Shown in pieces: positions 1 through 13,034 of a DNA stretch of 64,000 nucleotides; the first letter of the stretch is position 1; each line of letters opens with the position of its first letter. Both the position numbers and the translations under genes were made by a program. The notes beneath the pieces are model-generated. The model did no database searches. It was not told where the DNA came from and was given only the letters and a program-made list of their open reading frames with translations. Source of the DNA: Octopus vulgaris (Eukaryota); the NCBI GenBank assembly GCA_951406725.2, contig OX597815.1:165416001-165480000 (forward strand). Reading direction: 5' to 3'.

Positions 1-279
1 AAGAAAAAGAAGAAGAAGAAGAAGAAGGGAGCTAAGTGCTAAGTGATGTAGCTATTTTCCAGTTGGCAACTGTTGCTAAAAAGGGAACTCCCCAGAATCG
101 TGATGATGACAGCGATAGCATCGACACGTATAATGGATGATAAACATTGGCGGTGTTGATGCTGCTGCTGCTGGTGGTAGCAGGTGGTGGTTTTGCCGGC
201 AACGGCAGCGATGAAGATAATGACGATGATGATGTTGATGACGACGACAACGACGATGATGATAGTGATAGTGATGATT

Positions 280-1561
280 TTATTGCTCTACAAATCGCTG
301 CTTTGTGTGCCTTGCCAAAGGTTGTATTATATCTTGGTTTTGTCATTGTTACTATGTAGAAATTTCCCTTCGTAATATGTGTGCAGTGCTTAGCAACGGT
401 GTTCTTTGTATTTTATGTATATCTTCTAAGTCCAGGGGTTGTGGTTATCTATTTCTCTATATGCTTTATTCACTATTCTCAACTAAAACATCATTGTAGC
501 TATTGTTTAAGGCTCCACGTCAGGGTCGTCTCTATTTCCAGATCTCCATTCCCTTTAAAAATACGTTATCATTTTCATAGGGCCTGTATTTTGATGCATT
601 TCTTATCCAGATGGTCCCTGATAACAGTATCTGGTCGATTAACCTTGATCTCACTATTTGTATGTCGGAATATCCCAGAGTATGGTTGCTTTGCTATTTT
701 CTGAGACATTTCCTAGCGTATTACAGAACCATCCCCTTTCTGTTGTTGTTTCATAATGCTAGCATAAATTTTCGTATGTATATGTCTCAAATCTCAAACT
801 CTGTGGATGTATACTTTCCTGTCTGAAACTGGGTAGCCAAAGATAATGTAGTTTACTGTTTCTTCCTCATCTCCACATATTCTGCTGTTACTCTAGTCTG
901 CTTCATAATACGCTTTCGATGGTTTCTGGTGGAAAGGCTTTAGTCCTGTATTACGATCAAGACGCCACCAGGCTCTCCTTTAAGTCTCACGCTTCTCAAC
1001 TTGTATTTAGATATATTTTAGAACTGGCCATGTACGATCATTTGTTGCTCTCGCTTAATCATGGCATTCTTTACTTCCGATATTAATTTATATTTTTGTT
1101 GTTTCACGTTTTCCGTCGCATTTCTCTATTTTCGTCATAGTTATTTATTATTGTAGTCGTTGTTTTGTATTTGTTGGTTTCCCAGAAGACAGAAAACGTG
1201 TTTTAGTTCCTTTTATGTAGCTATTTGTATTCTGTATTAGATATTTTGTTATCCGACAGTGAATATTTTTATATTGGTTTTTATATGTATGGAGCCTTTA
1301 CTTCCTTGTATTCTAGGTAAATATCACCATTGTATATGAAATTTTGCGTGGAGCATCCTAAATGCTGTCTCTACTCATTTTCCTGTCTAGTCTAATTAGG
1401 TCATTCAGTGTCTAATTGGAAATACCATAACTGTATCTTTTTATTCAGACAGATAGAGTATTGATGCCTATTATCGTTTTGCATTTAATTCTGTTTTAAG
1501 AATTTATCTTGTTCTTTCTAATCTTTCCTTTCGTTTGTGTACGCTGCATTTCAGTATTTCA

Positions 1562-1616
<55 letters not shown>

Positions 1617-2900
1617 TATGCTGTTTAGTTCATTGATACCTAAATGTTTGTATATCAGTGTCTGGTCTAATTCGCTAGTCTCGGTCTCTTTATCTACTAT
1701 GATATTAGTGTTCTTAAATAATTTCCCTCCCTCCTAGGTAGCTTTGGCGTATTTTCTAAGCCGAATCTCATTAATTTCTTTTCTAAATCCTTGTGCTATC
1801 TTCTGTAATGTTTGATTTGTTTTTTACATCTGTAGCAAACAACTTGAGATCATCTATTTACAAAACTGAGCTGATTGTCATACCATATCATTTGTATTTA
1901 TATCTAGCTCTGTTTAGCATGTCGGGCAAATACATCAACAGTAGACAGAAAAGGAGAGGAGCAGGGAGTTCTAGAATATTCCTCTTTTGAAGGTTTAGTT
2001 TCCACAATTCCTTCTTTTGTCTGAAACTGCAGAACCATTTGCCGTTTTCTCATGATAGTTTTCAAGTATTTTCTTATTATTGCTAAATTACTCATGACTA
2101 GTATTTCCATCTGTGGAAAATACTGTCAAAATCCTCCCGGAGTCAGTCCTTGCTATGCTTGGGTCCTTTTTCTTTTGGCAGCTTTCAGTTATATATTATT
2201 TATAGATCAACAATTGATCTTCGCAACCATATGAACCTTTGTTGGATCCTTTCAGCTTTTCGGGAAACAAGTTAATTTCTTCATGCTGTTTTGTTCATCT
2301 TATTGCAGTTAACGGCTTTGCAAGTTGTAACACGTCATGTCATGGGTCCAAAATTTTGAAGATTTCTGATTTCAGCGATTAAGATGGTTTTCTTTTTACC
2401 GATCCAGTTACATGTTGTTTCCGGGCCCATCGGTATTTCAGTAAACTTCTCCACAAGCTGCATGTGTCCCTCTTAAAATATTTCAACCAGAATTAGTGGA
2501 TCTTGTCTCATCCGACTGATATCCAGTTTTTTTGTTTTTTTTTGCAGTATCTCAAGTTATTCATTCTGTTGTTATGGATACCCACGTTTGTTTCAATGCT
2601 GTCTTCGATGTTTTCACCAACCTTTTCCGAAATGAATTTTCGCCGAACATTTTACCATCCACAAAATTCTTCTGCTTCTCTTGTGTTGAGGCAGTATTGA
2701 CTTTCATTATCCTTTTCAACTAAATTCTTAGTAGAAAAGAATTATTTACTTTGTTCAAAAACTCGTTTTTCATAACGGCAGGTTCTTTCTGATTTAGTGA
2801 CGTTCTCTTATAATAGTTCTTTGATTTCGGGTACATTTTTCTGTTACTACAAAAAAAAAATCCTTTCATCATTCATGGTTTCAAAAATACATCAAAAGTT
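280..2900 (-). mobile_element. Decayed non-LTR retrotransposon with restriction-like endonuclease (R4/Dong-like LINE): RT, CCHC knuckle, RLE and 3' UTR
   Basis: Minus-strand translation gives broken motifs: KRGIF (~1975), IDDLKLFAT (~1830-1858, RT YxDD region), SRICGDEEETVNYIIFGYP (~830-890, degenerate CCHC), KATILWDIP..NSEIKVNRPDTVIRD (~610-690) and LLSTAHILRREIST* (~355-395). The 3' UTR near 288-315 resembles that of the copy at 3911-3937. Many stops and frameshifts. Confidence 0.85.
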
Positions 2901-3716
2901 CCCTTTCATCTTACAATATTTAAATACAGCGTAGGAGGTAAAATATCGAATATTTAATGAAAAAATGCAAAACGTAGTCAGGGTTAGCAAAGCTGATTAA
3001 GAAGAGCAAGAATATGCAATAGTAAACAAGACCAACAAATGCTGTGTAAGATGTCTTAATAAGACTATTTATTTCTGGAACGCACTTATGTCTCTCTTCA
3101 GAGGTAATTTGTCAATATCTTTACAGAAATGATAGTGTATCACTTAATTGCGCGTATCACAAGCCAACATATTCCTTTACAGTCATAATTTATTTTCATT
3201 TCAACAGATAGTTTGGTATAATTTCTTAGCTTTTCAGCTAGCTTCTGCACAACAGTATAATAATTTGGTATTTTGTTATTGCTATGGCGATAATTAGTAC
3301 TCTATTGTAATTTTCGTAATGGAATATGATGTCAGGCTATCGTGGTCTGTCTCTATTCTAAATTAAAGTTTCATTTTATATTGTCATTTTTTTAAAGTCT
3401 GGCGGAGGTTCATATGAGTATATGAGAACATTTTCGTGCAGCCGTTGAAGTTGTCATCGTCGCCACTCTCCCTCCTCCTCCTCCCCTCCTCCCTCTCATC
3501 ATCATCATCAGCATCATTATCACCCCCCATCATCATCATTATTACTATTATTGCCTTTGCACAGCTTCTAACGCTGGAGATGTATTACAGTATCAGCTGT
3601 TCATTACCCTTATTGCTCCACCCTTATTGCAGCCCCTATTTGTTCCACGTACTTCTCGAGATTTTTACTCATTATTCCCAGAGCTCCGATAATTATTGGT
3701 AATACTGCTACCTTTT

Positions 3717-4245
<529 letters not shown>

Positions 4246-4248
4246 ATT

Positions 4249-4639
4249 ATTATCCGCCAAGGAAGGAGGTTAAGTTTTCATCGGTGTTGGTTTGTCCGTC
4301 TGTCCGTCTGTGTGCAAAATAACTCAAAAAGTTGTGAACGGTAAGGACACAAAGTTGGTAAGGACACAAAGGACAGATGATGAAATTTTGGTGGTGATCC
4401 GGGAATTTTTATGGATTCTTGAAGGATTTTTCATTTGTTATATTTACTTTACATGAAGTATTACAATGTTACGTTCTTTGATTATCTTCCTTGAAAACAC
4501 GTCCATCGTTTCCACGTAACCTATGGTGGCGTTGCTATTTCCAAAGTTTATTTTCGTTTCTCTAATAGTAATTTTACTCGCGTATCTATCTTAAAATGAG
4601 GTTGGCAGAGGTCTGCGCTCTCCGAGTGCTTTTCTAGTT
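4249..4639 (+). mobile_element. Non-autonomous Helentron/HINE-like element
   Basis: Subterminal inverted repeat CCGCCAA (4254) / TTGGCAG (4602), GTCC/GTCT microsatellite near the 5' end, 3' hairpin GCGCTC-TCC-GAGTGC and a CTAGTT terminus; sits in a TTA tract. Confidence 0.7.
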
Positions 4640-4935
4640 ATTATTATTATTAACAACATTCACAGTCCACTGAACCAAGGGAATAGTAGCGCTGCTGAGA
4701 TACGTGTTAGAGCATTTCAGACTTGAAACTCTGCTCAATACATATTCAAAACTTTTGGCAAGCATGCTCTCCAAGAGGTTGAATTAATCAACTATGGTGT
4801 AGCTGAAAACGTGCCAGCCTGTGCAATCCCTAGCAGATGTGTGCCCGAGAACTCCCTCCTCATGCAATACATTTCCGAGTGAATCTGGAATAGATCCAGT
4901 GCTGTTCAGTTTGGTGTATACTTTTCTATGTAGGA

Positions 4936-5132
4936 CAGTGGTTCTCAACCGGGGTCCATATAAGATTTTTAGGGGTCCACATAACAGATTAGTAAATTGG
5001 GGATCCCACAATAGTATTTTAAGGGCTAGTTTTAAAAAGCTAGTTTTAAAATATGGAATGGCTGTAGGGGTTCACCATAATAAAATAGTAATCAAAGCGA
5101 TCCATAGATAAAGAAATGGTTGACAACCTTTG
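4936..5132. mobile_element. hAT/Charlie-type MITE
   Basis: TIRs CAGTGGTTCTCAACC / GGTTGACAACCTTTG; flanking 8-mers ATGTAGGA / CTGTAAGA match at 6 of 8 positions, consistent with a decayed 8-bp TSD. Confidence 0.75.
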
Positions 5133-5690
5133 CTGTAAGAAGAAAGAAATTGAGAGAACAATTCTGATGCCTTATATGTGGCAGAGTAATCCAGGCCAAT
5201 ATGTGCGGGCGACGCTATTGCCTAATGATTCCTGGCAGTTTTTTACGTATTGGTGACCTCTCGAAATTGTTATTGCTGTATCTTGTTTTTGTTGGCGTCT
5301 TTCCACTCGATGTAAATCCCACTTTTTGAGTTTTTTTCTTTTATCGATTTTTATCAGTGTCTTGGGCACTCGCGGCTATGTATGTATGTATGTATGTATG
5401 TATGTATGTATGTATGTATGTATGTATGTATGTATGTATGTATGTTGTGTATGTGATGCTGAATTTAACAACACAACACATCACATGCTCTTAATCCCTT
5501 TGGATCTTAACACCTCAAGGTAATTTTTTGGTAAACAACCATAAAACTCAAGATACACAACGAACTCACAATGTATCGGAGAACTTATTTTTTAATTTTT
5601 GTACATTTTTATCATTATTCTTTTACAAAAAACATTGCAATTTTCTTTTTTTCCCCTTTCTAATTTTTAAAAAACTTCTTAAAACATAAA

Positions 5691-5731
5691 TATTCTTGAT
5701 AAGTCATACATTGACGAAAACCGGTTGAATA
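5691..5731 (+). ncRNA. Minimal type I hammerhead-like motif with U3-A8 core
   Basis: TATTC-TTGATAA-GTCA(TACAT)TGAC-GAAA(A)CCGGTT-GAATA: stems I and II pair and stem III is palindromic; one extra A after GAAA. Confidence 0.5.
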
Positions 5732-5821
5732 AATATATATATTTATATATTTTATAATTTTCTCATTTTATTAAAATTTTCTTTCATTTGAGCATTCTGC
5801 ATTTAAAAAAAAATTTTTCCT

Positions 5822-5880
<59 letters not shown>

Positions 5881-6024
5881 AGTTCAAAGCACGGCTTTAC
5901 GTTTACTTCTCCATGTTGAACTTGGTATTTTTGTATGTATGTATACGTGCATATTTGTATGTTTTGTTTTATATATATCTTCTCATGCATATACTTGCGT
6001 ATGTAGACATGTTCATATATACTG

Positions 6025-6345
6025 AAATGATAAACTTCTGGAGAATTTTACAGACCTTTACAGTTTCAGTGATGGTTCGGAGCTGTCGTCTTCGAATCAT
6101 CTTTCTCCTTACTGGTTTTGAAAAGCCTAATTTCTTAAGATCGGTATTTAGGCAGTGTGTTACATATCGCAGTGTGTTAGATATCCCAATGACTACCGGT
6201 ATAAACCTGAAATTTTAATCTGGATGGAGCAGCTGTAGATTCTTGCATAGTTCTGTGTAGGTATTTTGTTTTTCGCTGATCTTTAGCTTTTTGTTAACAT
6301 CTGCTGGGTAGCTAATATATACAACAGTTACTCTTCTCGATCCCA
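6025..6345 (-). mobile_element. 3' fragment of a second RLE-type non-LTR retrotransposon family
   Basis: Minus strand reads WDREE...ISYPADVNKKLKISE...TYTELCKNLQLLHPD*NFRFIPVVIG...LKKLGFSKPVRRKMIRRRQLRTITETVKVCKILQKFI, typical of an RLE C-terminus. Confidence 0.7.
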
Positions 6346-6462
6346 TATTACTATGAGACGACTATTATGTTTACATATGTATGTATGTATGTATATATGT
6401 ATGAATGTATGCATGTATGTATATATGTATTATGTATGTATGTATGTATGTATGTATGTATG

Positions 6463-6493
<31 letters not shown>

Positions 6494-6639
6494 TATGTAT
6501 CTTCTATCTACCCATCTATCTTTGTACATATATATGCTTATATGTATATATATGTGTGTATGTACATGTATGTATGTATTATGTATGGATGCGTGTGTAT
6601 TTGTCTGTCTGTATGTTTGTCTCCTTGACGTTGCATGAC

Positions 6640-6885
6640 AGTTGTAGGTGAGTGTTACTATCATGTAGATAGTGTCATTGACTTTCAATATTCTGTAAAA
6701 AACATGTCTGACCATGGGGAAATATTATTTTGCTTGGAAACAGGTGAGGGTCAGCGACAGGAAAGTGCATCCGGCCGTTGAAAATCTTTCTCAATAAACT
6801 CCGTCAAACCCACGCAAACGTTCGAAAGTGTACATTAAAACGGTGATGATAAGGACGACGATGATGATGATGAAGATGATGATGA
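6640..6885 (+). mobile_element. Retroposon (SINE-like) 3' end with (GAT)n tail
   Basis: GGAAACAGGTGAGGGTCAGCGACAGGAAAGTGCATCCGGCCG...ACATTAAAACG followed by (GAT)n; resembles RTE-derived SINE tails. Confidence 0.5.
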
Positions 6886-7692
6886 CGGTCAACCCTCCTC
6901 ACACACATACCTTGTCACACATAAACACGCACGCATGCATACACACACACACACACACACACACACGCTATGTAAACACACACGTACTTTTCTTTTCCTT
7001 CTTTCTAGACCTTTCCATTTTCCTCTTTCTGACAAAGAACCATGTTCGAAACGTCACCCACTTCCTTTTTTCCTATCTTAAACTGAGCGTCAACCTAATA
7101 CCGTGAACATCCTTTTGACTTTCCTTATTTTTGTTTTTACTTTTGCTTTGCCTATATATATATATGCAAATGTCAGTTCAAAGTACGGCTTTACGTTTGC
7201 TCTTCCAGGGTTGTTGATCTTTTGGCGCTTGGTCCCATTTCAGTTCTCATCTTACAGAATTGTAGCAAAAAAAAAAACATCTAGCAATCATCCTATATTC
7301 ATTTTAAAGGCTGTCTACCACTGTGCTCTCCAATATATCCTTCGTTTTCTCAAGACGGTGGCGTATAATTTCACGAAGATTTTGTTGCTATTTCTAGCAG
7401 GTTAAGCGACTTCGTTGAGACTCTCTCGCAGGGTTTGTCTTTGCAGGGTTGATGATAAAATAAAACACCAATCAAGTACTAGGGTCGATATAATCGACTT
7501 TATTCTTCGTCACTCTTTCACCATAATTTGTATCCTTGTATCCAAGTTAGAAACAAACCGTTCGTTATTCGAAGCAGCAGTAACGACATCAGCTATATGG
7601 TAGCAATACAAGTGATATAGCATTCTCATGATTTTGTTCTTCACACTAGCGTTCCAGGCAGAATTATTTGTATCGTTTAACAGCATTGGAAT

Positions 7693-8340
7693 CATCATCA
7701 TCATCCTCATCATCATCATCATCATCATCAGCAGCATCAGCATCAGCAGCAGCAGCAGCCATTTTAGCTACAGCAACAACAGCACTAGCAGCAGTAGCAC
7801 CATCAATAATAACAGTCAGTAGTGAATGTTACAGTAGAGTGTCAAGGAATTCTTCCTATATTTTTCAGTCAGTCAGTCTATCTCTCCAAGACATCTAACT
7901 ATCTATGCTGACATCTATATAACTCGCTGTTCGTTCGTTCGTTCGCTCGTTCCTCCGTTCGTTCGTTCGTTCGTCCACATGTCTGCCTGCCTATCTATCC
8001 ATCCATCCATCCATCCATTCATCCATCCATCCATCCATCCATCCATCCATCCATCCATCCATCCATCCATCCATCCATACATTCATCCATCCATTTAGCC
8101 AGCTAGCCAACCAGCCAACCAACCAGCCAGCCAACCAAGCAACTCTCTGTCCGTCTGTCTGCTTGTTTGCATGTCTGTCTATTAGCCTGTTTGTCTGCCT
8201 GCCAATCTGTCTGTCCGTCCGTCCGTCTGTCTGCCTATTCTCTCTCCCTCTCTCTCTCCCTATATCTCTCACTATGTATCTGTCTTGTCTGACTGTCTGT
8301 CTGTCTGTCTCTCTATATATATCTACCTTCTATCTAATTG
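7693..8340. repeat. Cluster of (CAT)n, (CAG)n, (GTTC)n, (ATCC)n, (AGCC)n and (CTGT)n microsatellites
   Basis: Directly visible. Confidence 0.95.
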
Positions 8341-8542
8341 TCTATCTGTCTAATTGCCTGTCATATCACACTCAGTATATATGCATTTAAAGTACGCAAG
8401 TTGATGTTGCCATTGTTGTCTAATTCCAGACCAGTCTCAGTGAAATAGACATATGATTAAGTGCTTTCCATCCGTGGCCATTCTGCTTTTTGTTTTCAAC
8501 TCAACTAACTATATTAACATTAAATTATTTACTGCGTTCTTA

Positions 8543-8790
8543 AGGCGGCGTGCTGGTACAATCGTTAGCGTACCTGGCAAAATGCTTTACAGCGTTTCGT
8601 TTGTCCTTAGTTTCTGGGCTCAAATCCGCCGAAGTCGTCTTTTCCTTTGGTGGTCAATTTTTCCCTTTGGTAGTCGAATTCCCCTTTCAAGGTCGATAAA
8701 ATAGAAACCAGTTGAGCCCTGGTGTCGATGTAATCGACTAGCTCCCTCCTCACTAAATTCCAGGCCTTTCTCCTGTAATAAAAATGATTA
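8543..8790 (+). mobile_element. SINE family A (tRNA-derived head, Meta-domain-like centre), diverged copy
   Basis: Matches better copies at 31709 and 38579: GGCGGCG.GCTGG..AATCGTTAGC...GTCGATAAA...CCAGTT...GTCGATGTAATCGACT. Confidence 0.8.
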
Positions 8791-9069
8791 TTTAGTATAT
8801 TTTTCTCACGATGTTACTTCATGGTGATTTCATTACTATAGTATGTTTCCTTGTTCACTGCCTCGCATGTGAATATGAGTCTATCATATGTATTTCTGGC
8901 AAATGTCCTGAAATACGAGATAAACTCGAGGTGAGCTAAATTTTACTCGCTGGCTGTTTCCCGGATTATAACCATTTACATAAGGTTTCTCAAGTTTCAA
9001 ATTAGTTTCCAGAGAAAAGAGAACAGTCGTCTTCGCCTGCTACCACCAAGTCCTATGGCTAAAGGCAGT

Positions 9070-9460
9070 ATATGGAGTAACAAGTGTGGTTGTGTGGTAA
9101 GAAGTTTACTTCCTAACAACGTGGTTCCGGGTTCAGTTTCACTGCGTGACACTTTCGGTAAGTGCTTTCTACTATAGCCCTGGCTGATCAAAGCCTTCTA
9201 AGTGGATTTGGTCAACGAAACTGAAAGAATCCGGCCGTATGTGAGTGAGTGTGTGCCCTCCCCCCCTCTACCGCTTGACAACCGGTTTTGTTTTGTTTAC
9301 GTTTCCTAACTTAGTGGGTCAACAAAAGAGACTGTCGGAAGCTCCAGTCTTAAGCAAGATAAGTACTGCAGTCTTTTTGTTGGACTAAACACACACTCCA
9401 AGAGGTTGCCCCAGTATGGCCTTTGTTTAATTACTGAAACAAGTAAAATAAAAATGTAAG
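9070..9460 (+). mobile_element. SINE family B (tRNA head, CORE-like CCTTGGGCAAGTG segment, internal microsatellite, GAAACAAGTAAAA tail)
   Basis: GTGTGGTAAGAAG...GGTTCAG...CTACTATAGCC...AAAGCCTT...GAAACTGAAAGAA...CCGCTTGACAACCGG...CTGAAACAAGTAAAA; homologous to more than ten other copies in the window. Confidence 0.85.
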
Positions 9461-9469
9461 ATAAACACA

Positions 9470-9850
9470 TGGACGCAGGCGTGTCACCTTGAGCAAGTGT
9501 TTTCTACTATAGCCTCGGACCGACCAAAGCCTTGTGAGTAAAATGTTTAGACGGAAACTGAAAGAAGCCCGTCGTATATATATGGCTTACTGGTTGGGGT
9601 GTTGCACTCACGATTGCGAGATCGTGGGTTCGATTCCCAGACCGGGCGTTGCGTTGTGTTCTTGAGCAAAGCACTTCATTTCGATAAGTGACATGTGACA
9701 CCCGTTGCACCTGTACAGGTAATATCGATCTGATGGAGGGAGTTAGCTTATTTCTACACAAACATTTGATCACTATAAACAAATCACCTGTGTGGGTTTT
9801 CGGTAAGAAATTTTCGGACCCTCATATGTCATCTAACGACGGGAGAGTCC
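9470..9850 (+). mobile_element. Partial SINE B followed by SINE family C
   Basis: SINE B core at 9470-9578, then a tRNA-like head TGGCTTACTGG...GGGTTCGATTCCC and CTTGAGCAAAGCACTTCATTTC. Confidence 0.75.
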
Positions 9851-10429
9851 ATGATATATACAAAATGAATTAGGTATTTAAATGATAGGCACCAGGTTGG
9901 GTTGAATTAACTTGCAAGCAGCACCTTTAGTCGAACAAATATCAAGGGTACCGTGTGTCTTATTTGCAAACAAGAAAGCAAATTCCGAACGCAATAAAGC
10001 TGTAAGGACAGTAGAGAAAGATTGGGTATTTATCTTTACAAAGAAGAAAAACAGATGTTGTCAGAAGGCGGATATGGGAGTTGAACGCGTACTTCACAAA
10101 TACTGGCTAAACGCTCTCACTCTTAAGCTAAACGAGCCCCAAAAACAATTACCATCAAATTTAATGCAAAATTATAGCGTTCGAATGCGACATTTTATAA
10201 ACAAACCTTGGAAGCATCAACAATCTGTTTGGAATTTTGCAGACGCGAAAGTAAATTTCGAACGCACTATAGCTGTAAGCACAGCAGAGAAAAATTGGGT
10301 GTCTACCCTAATAAGAAGGAAAAGCGTTGTCAAAACGTGAATATCCAATCTTTCTCTGCTGTCTTCTCAGCTTTACTGTGTTCGTATATATGTATATATG
10401 TACACACACACACACATATATATGTATGT

Positions 10430-10660
10430 GTGTGCTTATGTCTGTATTTCCCCCCACTACTGCTTGGCAACCTTTGTCGTTTTGTTTACAACCTCGCAAA
10501 CTTACCAGTTCGGCAAAAAAGTGACCGATAGAATAAGCACCAGGCTTAAACAAATTAAGTCCTCGGGCCGATTCTTTCGTCTAAAAGTTATTCGAGGCGG
10601 TGCCCCACCATGGCTGCAGTCTAATAACTGAAACAGATAAAGGAAAAACGATAAAAGATA
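10430..10660 (+). mobile_element. SINE B, 3' half
   Basis: TTCGGCAAAAAAGTGACCGATAGAATAAGCACCAGGCTT...CATGGCTGCAGTCTAATAACTGAAACAG. Confidence 0.8.
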
Positions 10661-12172
10661 TATTTGTGTTACACATGGTGTAACACTGGTCGTCAGCTAT
10701 CCTTGCTAGCTAATATTATGTCGAGATGGGTTTTAAAATTTGAAATTTCATTAAAATTGCAAAGAAGGCGCACAGAGTATACACATTTTATTTTCTTCCT
10801 ACATATTATGAAGATCTTAAAGTTTCTAGTCGTTGGTAGCCTTGTATAGCGCTATTTCACAGCTTTTTTCAGCGTTACTGAAATGCTTCTTTTGGGACCT
10901 TAGTTTCTTCTTGTAATTCTTTCTTCTTTTTTTATCTGTTAGGTTGAAGAGACGGTGGTATGCATGGCCTTTTTCGCAGAATCTTCGAAATTGGTGGGTG
11001 AGACAAAGGAAGGTATTCTTAAACTGGGAACGTGGTCTGCATGCTTGCAACAGGGTATACTCCACTTAAAGCACCCAAGTTGTGAGGAGGTGGCGTTAAA
11101 CCAGGTCGCAGATTAAGTCTAAGTCTACAAGCCCAGTAGGCCATAGCAAGATTTTAACTCTGAACGCAAACTGCCAGAATAAATACCGTAAAGCATCCAT
11201 CTCCTTAAATTGGTACTTATTTTGTCTATCGAAGTTGACTTTGACTGGATTGGAACTCAGTTGCAAAATGTCAGAACAAATAACACGCTAAGCAATCCGC
11301 CACCTCCACGATAGACAGATTAAGTCAACAATCTCTCGATTGATACATTAGCTGGTATGATTTATGAAAGTATTTGTGATATAAAGTGGGGCTTCGTTCA
11401 TTCACTGTGGTCATTCCAATTCCCATTGGTACAAAGCACAGAAGTGAAATGCGATAAACTAATTTTACTTCCTCTGGTGTAGGGAATAATTTTGTATCCT
11501 TTTCACGCTCGATAAACCGGAAATAGGACAACACAATTTCACCATCCACCTTCCTTTCTCTCTTTTTACCTTCTCTCTGCACACACATACACCCACCCAC
11601 ACCCACACACACACCCACACACCCACACACAAACACCCACATCCACACACCCACACATATATGCATGTATGTTGTGCATGCGCGCGCACATACATGCTTA
11701 CGTATACATACGCATACGAACGTACACAACGGTTTCATAGAGCAAACAGGGGAAACAGGACTCAGTACGTGACTATACACACTTATTTATTAATCGGCAG
11801 AAAGTCACTCAAAGGCCGAAAGTTTCGTGCATGGCGCTTACTGGACTCTTAAGTGGCATGAACGAAACTCTCGGCCCGTCAGTCACTTTTCTGATTGTTA
11901 TTGCTTTAAAATATGCATCTATATATATACACGTGCACACACACAGAGGCAAAGTCATACACAGAGACACACACTCGCACACACCCACGTAACTGTCGAA
12001 CAATGAGAACGAGTGCTGAACACCGCATTGGGGGAAAACATTTCTTTATTTGTGTATTAAAGCCAGCATTGGTTTCATGTTAAGAAAAATATCTTAATAT
12101 CTTAACAATTCTTCAAGCCGATCATATGGAGGAAGAGTGTTCGTCTCCATTTTTTGATGGTTGCATGCATGC

Positions 12173-12296
<124 letters not shown>

Positions 12297-12758
12297 GTAT
12301 ATATGTATGTATGCATGTATGTATTTATGTATGTATGTATGTATATAGTACAGCTAGCATGTACCATGTTCTCGTTAATTGTATCCCATCTTAATCATGA
12401 GAAGATATAGACAACCGTTCAGAGCTAACGCCTTAAACCCAGTGGAGCATCCAGGATGAGACGACTTGGAAGAGAGGAGGCTGCATCAGTACTCGGTTTG
12501 AACCCATTCTGGTGCAATATAAAATGCAGTTTCTTGCTCAAGTTTACAACCCAGTGCTTGTTTCAGGTGTCATACACACGCTCCTTTGATCGTTTGCCTA
12601 AACATATATACATATGTTAAAGGGATTTTTGAATGATCCCACATACACACATACATACATACATACATACATTCACACACATACACAACATTCGTTTATA
12701 TGTATCTATACATACCTATGCATACATACATATATATGTATATATGTATGTGTGTGGT

Positions 12759-12789
<31 letters not shown>

Positions 12790-12793
<4 letters not shown>

Positions 12794-12996
12794 TTTGGAG
12801 ATGATGTACAGGTATTATATATTAGAAAAATTGAGGACAGATGATGGTTCATATATATTTATTTATATATACATTTTTACATATATATATATATATTGCT
12901 CCTGGGAGCAAGCGCTAATCCGAATGATATGATATATATGTAAAAAATGTAATATATAAATAAATATCACAAATATGAACCATCTATCTGATATCA

Positions 12997-13000
<4 letters not shown>
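12790..13000. mobile_element. Short fold-back element in (TA)n, same family as 21287-21460 (probable Penelope-like terminus)
   Basis: Arms GATGGTTCATATATTT..ATTTATATAT.ACATTTTTACATATATAT and ATATATATGTAAAAAATGTAATATATAAATAAATAT..ATATGAACCATC are inverted; shares sequence with 21330-21455. Confidence 0.7.

Positions 13001-13034
<34 letters not shown>

Noticed and set aside
147-359. Signal-peptide-like ORF with acidic tract
   Set aside because: Built from (GCT), (GGT) and (GAT) microsatellites at a LINE tail.
3062-3104. Minus-strand CTGAAGA...GAAA as a hammerhead
   Set aside because: Stems I and III do not pair convincingly.
9912-10340. 142-aa ORF as a host gene
   Set aside because: Non-ATG start, no recognisable domain, and it overlies a diverged DNA repeat.
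10826-11065. 79-aa basic ORF
   Set aside because: No clear splice sites or domain; only a faint resemblance to a LINE linker region.
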